Part shown: piece by piece, positions 37,211 through 49,700 of the stretch
Layout of the letters: every line of letters starts with the position of its first letter
Numbering within the stretch: position 1 is the stretch's first letter
Assembly (NCBI GenBank): GCA_051362555.1
Contig: CM120648.1
Coordinates: forward strand, 11,404,587 to 11,468,586
DNA length: 64,000 nucleotides
Source of the DNA: Lingula anatina
Taxonomy: Eukaryota; Animalia; Brachiopoda
Direction of reading: 5' to 3'
The notes under the pieces: generated by a model
What the model saw: only the letters and a program-made list of their open reading frames with translations
The model's database searches: none
What the model was told of the DNA's origin: nothing
Made by a program: the position numbers and the translations under genes

Positions 37211-37657
37211 GGGTGAGTGATAGATTTTTTACAGATATTCAGATGTCTCTAGCTAGATAGATGGTCATTTAAAGCTCAACTCACCGTTGAGGAAACCCAT
37301 GTGGAAACAATTATCTCTGCGCGCGCGCCAAAGGCTTTGTACTTGCTCTGCATGAGCTGAGCTTCACAACGATGTGATAACTGTTCGGTACGCAACCAGT
37401 CTAAGGCTTTTTTATCTGTCACAGTAAAGCAAGTGATTGAAGTCAGAGTAATTAACTGTCTCGATTGCTGTCACGCAGACTTAGACTGGACCTGCTAATT
37501 GGCAGTGCCTGAGCAGTTATGCAAACAATTATCAGCCACGTAATCAGCCTTGAGATTCCTCAACAGGGTGAGTTGAGCTTTAAATGACCATCTATCTAGC
37601 TAGAGACATATCTGTGAATATCTGTAAAAATCATTCAGTCGCCCTGGTAGAGGGTAC
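37211..37657. mobile_element. MITE with ~80-bp TIRs
   Basis: ATGTCTCTAGCTAGATAGATGGTCATTTAAAGCTCAACTCACC at ~37243 and its reverse complement at ~37568-37610. Confidence 0.82.
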
Positions 37658-37709
37658 TGTTTTCATATTTCATAAAGAAACAATAGCCTCTAAATAACGG
37701 AGACTCAAG

Positions 37710-38030
37710 TCTGTCACACTATTGGTTTAGATTTGGTCTTTAAGTGCAATTTAAGTTCACAAGTGATCTTACACAATCTTAATCATTACAGCAGTAGTCT
37801 TAAAATGGACTGAATCTGCTTTTAAGATCAAAAATGATCTAACATCTACTCAAGTGGTCAAGCAGTTTCCTCCCCTCACAATAGAGGACACCTCTGCTCA
37901 CAATAGGAGAATGTGTGAGGGGAGACAACTTAATTGGCTGTCAGACTAGAAATGGTCTTACTCATGTTTTAAGATCATGTAAGACTATTTGTGTTCTTAA
38001 ATTGCACTAAATCAAGCCCACTAGTGTCAC
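37710..38030. mobile_element. Degenerate inverted-repeat element just 3' of the EMC1 stop
   Basis: AGTGCAATTTAAGTTCACAA / TTGTGTTCTTAAATTGCACT, with an inner TCCCCTCACA / TGTGAGGGGA hairpin. Confidence 0.6.
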
Positions 38031-38069
38031 CACTAAAGGGAATTACATCTAATATGTTACTACCATATG

Positions 38070-40525
38070 TTATGTCCATGCTCTGTTCAGAGCTTTTCTT
38101 GCTGCTAACTTCTGTGAGACAACTGATACAACTATCATTCCTATTAACACTGCACTGATGAAGAAATAGTCAAAGTCTTCTTTTAATACATCATATTTCC
38201 TGGATGGGGTGACTTGAGTAAAGAAAAGATCTGAAATATAAAAGTGTGTGTAAAAGTAACACTAGAGTTATGAAAAAATGAAACATTTTTTGTTTTATGA
38301 AATATCCTTAAATTCTGGCAGAATTACATTCTCCTAAATTATTCTGAAAATTTTAACCTCTGTCATTTAAAAATACTTGAAAAACAAAACAAAACCAACC
38401 TTTTTTTCTCGAAATATAGCAAAGGAACAAGTAGTTTAAAAACAACAATAGTATTTGTCCATTTGTGTAAAAGTAACTCGCAAGTTATGAAAAAACGAAG
38501 TACTTTCATTTTATTAAGTATCCTTAAAAAGGACTAAATGCAAGCAAAATTACAGTAACCAAAATCATTCTGTAAAATTCAATCTCTGTCATTTAAAAAA
38601 TGTTAGAATAAAAAAAAAACATTATTCTCCAAATATAGCAACAAAAACAACAGTAGCATTTGCCCTTTTGTTTGGTGTGCTCCATCCCAACTCATTGCGT
38701 CAGCCCAATTCTGTCACACCTAACGCAATGTCTACTAGGCTGCGCTGTGCTGGCTGACCCTATGGCTGTATTCCCAGAGCTTTTAGATCGATCTATCCCC
38801 GCGGGGAGTCTCACTAGATTACTGTCAGATAATCCGGCTTAAATGTCCGTCCCGCCTACTACATGCTGTAAGGGGGTAATTAACTTTCGTGTCTGCTCGG
38901 CTGACAGCTATTTAGCGTGAACCCCCGGGGAGTTAGGTCGATCTAAAGTAGGTCGATCTAATCTATGGAAATGGGGTCTATCACTCACCTAAGCCATACA
39001 CCAGAGATAAACTGGTGGACTCCAGTCCTGCTGCAGCAGTCTGTATTCCACGCACTTTGAGCACCGTCTGGTTATAGTTGATCATGGCCTCGAAGGCCAC
39101 GAGGAGTTCAGGGATGTAAGGAGGGATGCCTTCTTCTCTGGAAATATAGAACGTACAGTTTGAATCAAGGGTTTTCCAGCGTACTGCCAGCTGTCATTTG
39201 GATGGCTGCCAGCATCACTGGACTGCCTAAATTTTCAAAGACGACTGGACTGCTGATGGATTTTTTTGAGATACGAGGGCTTTAAGCATACTTGGACTCC
39301 CTGAAATTTGTAGGACATTACAGGTGATTTGAATCATATCATTGGTATAGTAATTACTCGATCTTTTCAATTGGCAATAATTATCAAACTTTTGCAAAAA
39401 AATTTATATTAAAAAGCACTTGTGGTGCTTGTACAGCAAAGAATAGTACTACAAAGCACTAGTCTGCTTTTTGATTTTGTTGCTACTTCTCAATAGGAAT
39501 GTTCTAAATTTAAGAAATTATGACTTAAAATACAGTATCTGTAAAATTAAAAGTAAGTAATAACCATAACTCAGGCATTATCGAACTTATATGTTAAACC
39601 TTTGCATAGCTCCTACACTTGAGGACCAGGGACCTCAAGTTACATTATGATTGCAGTTAGGCAATATAAGTCATGTTTCTGTGTACCCAAAAAAGTCAGT
39701 TCCCAAAGATCTGTTTGTCAGTGAGCTAAAAGAAAATTACAGTCATAATGTGACGGGTTATGCAGAGAGTAGTATTGTAACAGTGGTTCTTTGCTTTGTA
39801 AAGACTTAAAAACTGAGATACACTTAGAGGTGCTCTCCTTCATACTTCATTCCCAAGGTATCAGGCCTACCCAACTAACAGACTCGGCACCGAATGATCC
39901 TGAATTCACCAGTAAATCGGACCACACTACCCGTTTTCAAGGTGTGTATCAGTACGCATTTCACAGTATCAGACGCGACACTGCTCTTGCCTAGTACACG
40001 ATGTGATAGTGACAATTCTCAGCGGGGTTGAAAAGCATTGCATCACCACTAAAAATTTGTTCAGGGTATGATACTGTGTAATGCGTACTGACTCACACCT
40101 TGAAAACGGTAGTGTGGTCTAATCTACCGGTGAATTCAGGATCATTCAGTACCGAGTCTGGTAGTTGGGTAGGCCTGGGTGTGACAGAAAGTGTAATTGA
40201 TTATCACGTTACCTGTCAGCCATGGTTGGGTTAAGAGGCCTCCTAGGATCTAACATAAACTTTGACACCTCCGCGACATTGCCAGTTGTGAAGGCCACTG
40301 GAAATAGAAACATATATATCATTTTGTTATTGAAATCAAACAAAGTTTCTCTTTCGTTAATCACGATCCCCTCTAAGAGTGGAAACAAAAATATTTAATT
40401 TAATTATGTTCTTAGACAAACTTTGTCTTATTTTACCACGATCAACTTGTTTAGGAAGATCTTCATAAAAATATTCCCCCTTCACCCCTTAACCACTGCC
40501 ATGATAACAACAAAGATAAATAAAT

Positions 40526-40581
<56 letters not shown>

Positions 40582-43500
40582 AGTAATGCCCTTATTGTGT
40601 GCAAGGATTTAAGGTACACAGATTTCACTGGATTTTGCATAAAAAACACTAAATAAATAAAGCCAGCAGAGACTCACACAGCACACTCTTGGCAGTGATC
40701 CCCATCTCTGTGATGGTGTCCGCCATTGCAGATATCCCATGGGGCAAGATGTAGGACTGGCGGCCCACTATGGGGGGCGGGGGCGGGTGGAGAGAGGAGA
40801 ACACTGTGGCGTTGGTTTGGGATGTCCCCTCGTACAGCTCTACCACTGTGATCTCATTTCTACGGTTCTTTTCATTCCAGTAGTTGTACTGAAAGCAAAA
40901 TTTGTATGAAAATGGTGGTGCATGATTTGTCTTTTTTCAAGATAAATAAGTTTGGACTATTTATTAATGTAATCATAAGGGCTACTTTGTGTAAACTAAA
41001 AGCTATAGTCCACCATGACCCAGCCATTGCATTAGCTGAGACAACATGTCACAATGCTTTCTACACTTACCACAACCCAGTTCTCTGTATGGACCAGATG
41101 TACAGGACCCCTGGCTTTCTTATGACTGGCCTGGAATATCATGTCACCTGTTACGCTGTCCACCAGGTAAATATTCAATACACCAGAAACTGAAAAGAAC
41201 CAAAAAATTATACATATATATTGCAGATATTTCATGGCATTCACTTAGTGGAAGATTTCTGAAAAGGATTTAAGACAATAAACTGTTCAACTTTGCAGTA
41301 AATGAAACTTATCCATGGAGATTTTAAAACTTTCTGGAAATTCTCTCTAATGTCGGGAAAAAACTTTTGCGGAGCATTTAACACAGTTGTTTTTAATTCA
41401 TCTTACTTGATTATCATTATATCTTTATTTTTCTTGTTGCATTTACTGCCTTAAGCCTTCCATAAACAATTAATATAGAGGCATGGTAAAGTTTGAAATA
41501 TCAATGACAGTCAAATGATGTAAGAGTTCAGGAAAGTGTCTCACCCTTTTGCTGGCTATCTTCTGTCTCTCCCTCAGCAGTTATGGCGACCAGGTTAGGA
41601 TTAAGATACTTGTACAACACGCTCCTGTCTGCGAGGGGTTTCCCGGGGGAATGGACATGTTCTGTGGGTCGTTTTCCGACCACATTTGTGATGGTCTGTG
41701 TTTCCTTGGGGAGATTGATCGTCCAAAGCTCCACAGCATGTAAGGACTGAAACATACAGGGGACATCAAATTTAATTAAGCTTGTTATGTAAAGATATTT
41801 GATAAAATAGAACTACTGCATATTAAACGTATGGGTTGATGCAATTGTTAATTTTTTTTTCAAATATACTGAAAATAAAACGATATGCAAATTCTGATGA
41901 CCACACTGGTAAATGCATATTTTTGCTTCACTTCCTCTCTGTAATATATACTCACTGAAATGTCTCACTTACATACATGACTCCACACACTCAGGGGATC
42001 AAGTGAAGAAGTCCTACACATATCAGTACTTTGCCATCTACCTGGATCTTGTACTGTGTTTTACCATACTGATATACACAGCACTAAACAGGGCGTGATA
42101 TATAGATATACCTGTGTTTTGCTGCCTTCCTGAATCCTGTACCCTGTGCTATATATATACCTGTGTTTTGATGTCTTCCTGAATCCTGTACCCTGTGATC
42201 AGCCCTGTGTTCACATCAGCATTGAACAGGAACAGTGTGGACTGCACGGCCTTCACGTGACCTTTGACATGCTCTGGATACACATGGACCTGCAAACACA
42301 GACATCCCTTTAATATGTGTCAGACAGCTAAGCGGAGGACACTTAAATATATACTGAGTGCATGTCCCTGCTTAACAGACTTCCTGTCTTCTTTATCCCT
42401 TTGGAAGAACCACTTAAGATAAAATGGCATCCCCAGTAAGCCCCCACCCCTCATTCTCCCACTCCTCCCCCCCCCATGTAACAATTCTCACCTTCAATTG
42501 TGTCTTCATAAATTATAGGGATATCCCTTCAATAGAAACACAAATGACCAACATCCACAATAATTCCCCTCCCCTTTCTACCCTCAGGTGCCCCATCTCC
42601 CCCTCCCCTCCACCCCCACCCCCCTTGTCTCCAGGTGCCCTAGTCCTCACCTTCAATTCAGCATCCAGTATAAACAATCCCTTGAGATGGTGGTCGTCGG
42701 TGACCCCCAGTGTGGTGGCCTGAACCACCCTGTATCCAGTGTCAGCACCTTCAGCTGGGGTTCCAGCAGTGGGGATGCCAGTGATCGGGTCAAATAAATA
42801 CAGCAGACCATGGCCTGATACCTAGAGAATTTAAAAAAAAAAGTTAGGAGACAGTTAGGAGACATCTATGTCAAAGTTGCTTTACATCGCATTTATACAT
42901 TGTGCAAGCTGATAGGAAAGTAAAAATTCCAGACTCCAGGTACCAAAATCTTGACTCTTTTTCTTTAAAATAACGAAACCAAGTATATAAACAGGAAAAT
43001 AAAAACCCAATCTGTTAGTTATAGAATAATTACTGTCAATACTCTAAAGAGTCCAGCATCTCAAGAAACATGACCTTATAAAATTTGTACCACATACTGA
43101 TGACTGCTGGGGAGATGGTATATAATTATACCAATATTAACAATACTAATTATATATCAAAAACTCCAATATCCCAGCCAACTTTATATACTCCCAGTAT
43201 TTCACAATGAGGAAGGTTGGGGTTATATATACATATAGCAGTATTTAGAGTAAAGATGAAATATCCTGGGAGTTGATATCTATATAATCTCTTCCCAGTA
43301 CTGAACACTGAGGGGGGTTGGGGAGATGTCATTTTAGACTAGATATATCTGTATCCCAGTCTCCCAGGGGCAGCTTACCTTATGTCTTCCCAGTACTGCA
43401 CATTGAGGGGGGTTGGGAAAATGCGCTGTGGTCCTCTGTACAAACAAAAGGAGAAGTTGCTTCCCCTGGCGTTCAAATGGAACCAGAGCAGGCAACAGGT

Positions 43501-44104
43501 GGCGCCAGATGATACGACCTGTGGAACTCTCAATGCCAAAAAGCTGAATAGAAACAATATGGTTCACTGTACACTGGTCATTGGATCTTCTGTATGAGAT
43601 ATTTTATCTTACAATTTACAGTGACAGTCACAATTGTGTGTATTAATTATAAACTTTAGAAATCCCTATATGCCACTGCACCCACAAAAGTGTTTACCAA
43701 ACTATAGATGTCACTGTGTGCCAAGACACCCCTCCAGATGCTGTGGCAACCACAATAGTGTTAACTTAAATCTAAATGTCACTACATGCCAAGACATACC
43801 TTTCCAGGTGCTGTGACAGCCACAATCATTTTGTTAATACTGAACTCGTCTCTAGTGAGTTCCTCGTCCTCATTAAACTCATTGTCTTCCTCCAGGTACT
43901 GATGGCGTGGGCCTTTCAACAACTGCTGCTGGAGGTGCACCACAAATGACTGGAAATAAGACAAGAATAGTAAGATTTTCTACTTCAGATTCAAACAATA
44001 ATATACATATAATATTTTAAAAACTGAAGATGTTGCTTTGAGATACAGTCTAAAAATGTAAATATTTGATAAGGGATTAACGCTCAAGAATGAAATAAAA
44101 TGCG

Positions 44105-44144
<40 letters not shown>

Positions 44145-44648
44145 TATATGTATATTATAATGTAATTGAACAAAGCATGCTCTAACCTTCACTTGGGATA
44201 ACTGGGTAGTTAGTCTCTTGACGAACTTGGTGCCAATGTCATCTACAAGAAAGAAGCGAAATTACCTGTATAATGCATAATAGGATTACAGAAATGTCTG
44301 CACAGTGTGTGCTATACACTTTTATGAAAGTGGTGTTTTCCATAGTATAAATTTTTCCGACTGCTTAGATTTTTGAACATGTTAAAAATATTCCAAACTC
44401 AAATTTACACAATCTTAAAAATACCTTGAATAAATATTTTTGTAAATAGGAACCTTTGTAAACAACCATTTGCCAGGAGTTGAACAATACAAATTACATA
44501 ATCATCAAATAACATGTCACCGTATTCACACTAAACTCTGATCCTTTACTTTAAACAACCTGTAACACAGATACATCAACAAACCACTGAAGGAATTCAA
44601 AAATTTGCAAACTTGTAAGTACCAAAATAAAAAAAAATAATATGTATG

Positions 44649-44685
<37 letters not shown>

Positions 44686-45867
44686 GACTGTCAACTAGTT
44701 ATAACATGCACAGGCTACACACACACTTCTTTTGTGAGAAATAAACTCCATATCCCACACCCTTCATATAACATGGACACACATGAATGTCTGTCTCACT
44801 CATGCAGCTCAATGTAAACATGCCATTCAGTACAAAACAATCTCATTGCTCTGCTCTGATAACAACAAACACAACAATGCCAGGGTGACTAATTCAATCA
44901 ATACTGGGCAATTATCAGGAAAAACAGCCAGATATTAACATCAATATTGAAAAAAAGGTAACAAATTTGGATGATCAAGTAAATGCACAGAAGTTACAAC
45001 AGATAAATATTACAAGTACGGTTTCCGTAATGACTTGATCTTTTCAGTGGGGAAAATTGTGAATTTTACTGATACTGTATTTTAAGCATAATTTCTTAAA
45101 AGAGCATCCTATTGAATGTTAGTAAAAAGTTGAAATGCAGACTACCTTATAATTCTTTTCTATGCATTAAAAGCAACATAATTTTTTTGGTGATTTTAAA
45201 ATGTTGTACCTGAATGTTTGATATTTTTGCCCATTGAAAAGATCGAGTCATTACTATTCTCTAACAGGTAAAAACTGTACTGTGTGTGCTAATACAACAT
45301 CATTCTACATGTCAAGTTAGTGTACGGGAAACACACTGTCTGTACCTGAGATCACTGCTGTGCAGGATGAAATGAAATACAATATTATAGATGGCGCTTA
45401 AAGACAAGATGATACACACCCAGGAAGCTGACAAACTGTTGATGAAATACAACAGCAGATACTAAAATTTTAAGAATTAATATTACCTCTGTGTAAATTT
45501 TACCAGGACAATGTCAGTTTTGAAGCAAAAAATAAAAAAAAAAAATTATCACAAAATAAAATCAAATTCATAATGCAACTTGGCAATAATTATCATTTTT
45601 CATGACTGACTTTGCAGTCTACAGTTGATATCCCAGCAACAAGAGGAAGGCTACTGTCACTATAGACAACTCTAACAGTGTGACCATAATGTGGCATACC
45701 TTGCTGTGCCCCAAATTCATCCTCATATTTGGCCTGGTTCTCGGACACAGGAAGGTCAACCATCTCCACAGACAATATGGAGGATATTGCTTCCTCCCTG
45801 ATCCAGGACATTTTACCTGTAAAATTAATGCTAACCGTAGTCATATGAGAAATACTAATAGCTATAG

Positions 45868-45932
<65 letters not shown>

Positions 45933-46743
45933 TGAAGAGTGTAAAAAGAGAAAACAAAAAAGGAACAGGTGGAGTAGGGTGAGACAGAGGGCCAGGGGAG
46001 GGGTGGTGGAAGAAGGGGTGGGGGTGGAACACCCACCTCCCTGCTGGAACATCACAATGGACTGATCTTCTGACAACACCACCGTTCTGTGCCCAGTGCT
46101 GCCATCTCTCTTCTTGAAGAAGAACCCCTGGATCTGAAATATAACACACAAAAAAACAATCTAAAGTCTTTCCAAAATGATTTAGGATTACCAAGAATAG
46201 AATAACAATGAAATCCATTAACTGTATAAAGATTAAAATTCCAATTCTCACATATTAACACCAAATTAAGTTCTGTGGCAGTTTACATGGAGGAATCACC
46301 TCATGTAGAGTTAAAGTCAGTGTACATGGCCAGCTCGCCCTAACTTGAGTTTTGTGGCCGTTTACATGGAGAGATAACCTTAAGTAGAGTTTAAGACAGT
46401 GTACATGGCCAACTCACCCCAACTGGAGTCCCGTGATGATGTGCCAAGTGGACTTCCTGACTGATCTCTGGGATTTCCTTCAAAGTTTTCAGATTCAAAC
46501 ACCTGATTACTGCATTCTGAAATGCATTAATACTGACTGGTCAACATTTTACCTTCCCAGAGGATGTAGTCTCATAACATAATAAAGCCTCATAACATAC
46601 TACAGCCTTAAGAAAACATGCTTTGAGAAGATAGATTGGATTAAAAGAGAAATTATTTGTCATTTCTCAAAGTTCAGATTATTTTAGATTATCTTTCAAC
46701 ATCTTATAAAAAGGAAAACGGAGGTTCAGTGACTGGTCCAGAA

Positions 46744-46780
<37 letters not shown>

Positions 46781-49700
46781 CGAAGACTACCCACTGTCTA
46801 CTAAAAGACAAGCTCTGAGGTGAATTAAGTCACCACTGGAGATGGAAACTGCCCACTGTCCACTCTTACCTCAGTGCCCTGTCTGCCTATAGTGACCAGT
46901 GTGTCCTCTATGTCACCACTGGATGACACAGAGACAGCTGAAACCTACAAAAAAGAGTATAAAATAGGTTATAAATGTGATTAACCCTGGTAGTCAATGC
47001 AGGGACCTTCTTTTTTTTTTTTTACGTCTTTAAAACAAATGGTGTTGATTCCTAGTTTCCTTAACTAAAGTTCACAATCTTTAATGTCTGTTCTTAGATA
47101 CACGGCAGTTGCAAATATTTATTCATACAAACAGTACCCACCTTTGGCAGGTTGAGAACCAGCTTTACAGCATCAGTACCCACTGACAGCAAGGCAAGAT
47201 GTGAAGCAGAGAGTTGTACCACAAACATGTTTCTGTGATTTAAGGAAGTCAGCTTTACAGCCTGGCCTTGCAAGCCTAGTTCCTAGAAAAGGAAACTTGA
47301 AATTTAAAAGTCAAATCCTTGCTCTTAAACTCAACTGAATGCTATCATATAGTTTAACAGGAAACATTACGTTCTTAAAAAAAAAGGATATTTTTTTGTT
47401 TTCTATATATGTATTCCTAGGTGGCTTAAGCCATGTATTAAGATATTTATGCTATTGCATGTGCAGTTGTTATGCTACATACATTACAGTGTAATTTGGC
47501 AAACTTTTAAAAACTGGAGAGAGATAAATATGTCAAGTTTCCAACAAGAAATTTGAAGATGGTGCAGTTTTAAAGCTTTTTTTTTTCTTTTTTTTGATTC
47601 ATGACCGAATGATTGGTGAAAATTTATTTATTTATCCTTTTTTTATCATATAAGAAACTAGCGGAGGTGGTTCATCAAATTCATCAAATATCAGAAATGA
47701 ATCTGTCATATTTAACTGACATTTTGGGGTTTTCAATTAAGACTACAAACATCTAAACAACAATATCACACCTGTAAGAGAGTGGTAGAGAATGCCTGTC
47801 CTTTCTTCAGTGCCAGAGTTCTCAAGCTGCTCAGCTGTGGCTCATAACAGACTAGATGACCATCAGCAATGAGGAGACACCTAAACAAACAGGAAACATC
47901 AGGCAGCTGTTTTTGAAGACAATTTTGATTTCACTATATACTTTGGCTACCAATCTAAAATCCCCTTTCATTAATGAACTATTTGGGTCAATTTATGAAA
48001 GAAGGTGGATCATAATATCTCCAAATTTAAAAAAATCAATCATAGCTACCTAAAATATTACATCAATAAAGGGTTATAAAAAAATAAAAAATATACATGT
48101 ATACATATATTTATTTTCGATAACCTTAAGATTTTTTATTGATGATATATCTTTGTTGTTGGCTGTTGCTATTGTTTTTAATATTCATCTGTAATGGCCT
48201 GAACACTTCAAAGTTTTTAAAAAAACCCTCTCACCTTGTGTCCTTCTTCACCCAGTCCGCAGGCACAGGGCTCTGTGATTGGACATTGCCCAAGTCACTG
48301 TATGTTGCTATGGATACATGAGAATTTGGCACAACGCCAATAACATTAATCTCTGTTCTCCCACAGTGCAGGAATTTGTGGATAGCACCATCACTGGAAT
48401 AGCAGATATTGTAAATGGACTTTATTGCATGAGTGAAAGATGTAATAACTGAAAATCCTGAGAACATGGCTTGCAATTTTTTCTCTCATTTAGACCATAT
48501 GAAAATAAATACATATATTTATCAAAATGAAGAGGGAAAATTCTGAAATCAGGCATTATCCTGAAAACTTTTGCCCATGAAATCAAAATTCTAAAAGTAA
48601 TATTGAGACAGGAAAAACACAACACACAAGAGCTTGTCACAAAATCACTGAAGCGGAAATTTTAAACATCCGAGTGGTCCGCCCACTCTCTTTTGAGGAA
48701 ACTAGTGCATTTGTACTCGTTTAAATGGTTTAAATCGATTCTCGGTAAAAAAAATACAAGAAAGTTTTCTGGTGTGTTTTCATTGACTGTCAGTATATTT
48801 AAAATCCAAGCACTGACCTGCTGGGAAGAACTTTCCTGAACAACTCCTGGCCATTGACGTTGAAAGCCAGCAGCTTGCCTGCACTCAGCACCACCATTGT
48901 GTCTGAAATGTTCAGGTACATCATAATATCAGCAGGCCCGTAGCCAGCACTTTCATAAGGGGGGACTTTTTAACATGAAACCTTCATGTACCTTAGTCCT
49001 AGATAAAATTTTACCCAGATGGGAACCTTTTCTCAGCAAAAGGGATTTCTTTAGAACCCCCCTGGCTATGAGCCTGATCAGCATTTTAAATAAGGATGTA
49101 CAATCACTCTAAATTAATCTAGGCTATTGATTGCATTAAAAACATTTTTTTATCCCAAAACACTCCCAACCCCTTCACTGTGGCTTTAAAAAATTAGAGA
49201 TGAAATACTTTCAACAAACCACTACAACTTTTTATTTCTTCATATAATTCATGGATAGTCAATATTTGGCACTTGGGAATAAGAAAAGAATGACAGATCA
49301 ACTTTTTGCCCCAGCTGATACAGTTTATACACACATATCACATTTGTGACCTTCACCTTGTGAGCTCCCCATAAGGCACGCCTGAGCTTCAGGGGCATCT
49401 GGAGCGCCATCTAGTGGCTCCTCCCAGTTCAAACCTCCATATTCCACATCCCATGACCTTATATGGTCATTGCCTGATACTGTTATTGCAACTGGAATAA
49501 TGGAAAAATCTGAAGTCTAATTGATGATCTATAACCAAATGATAGAAAAAATTCATCAGTCTGCCATTAATAAATGCATGTACATCTTTCAATTAACAAA
49601 ACTGTATCTCAGAACACATTTTAATGAGCTGTCTTGTGAAGTATAAATACAGTATTTTGTTTGTAAGTCAAAACTGGTGTGAACCCGAAGACTGAAAAAC

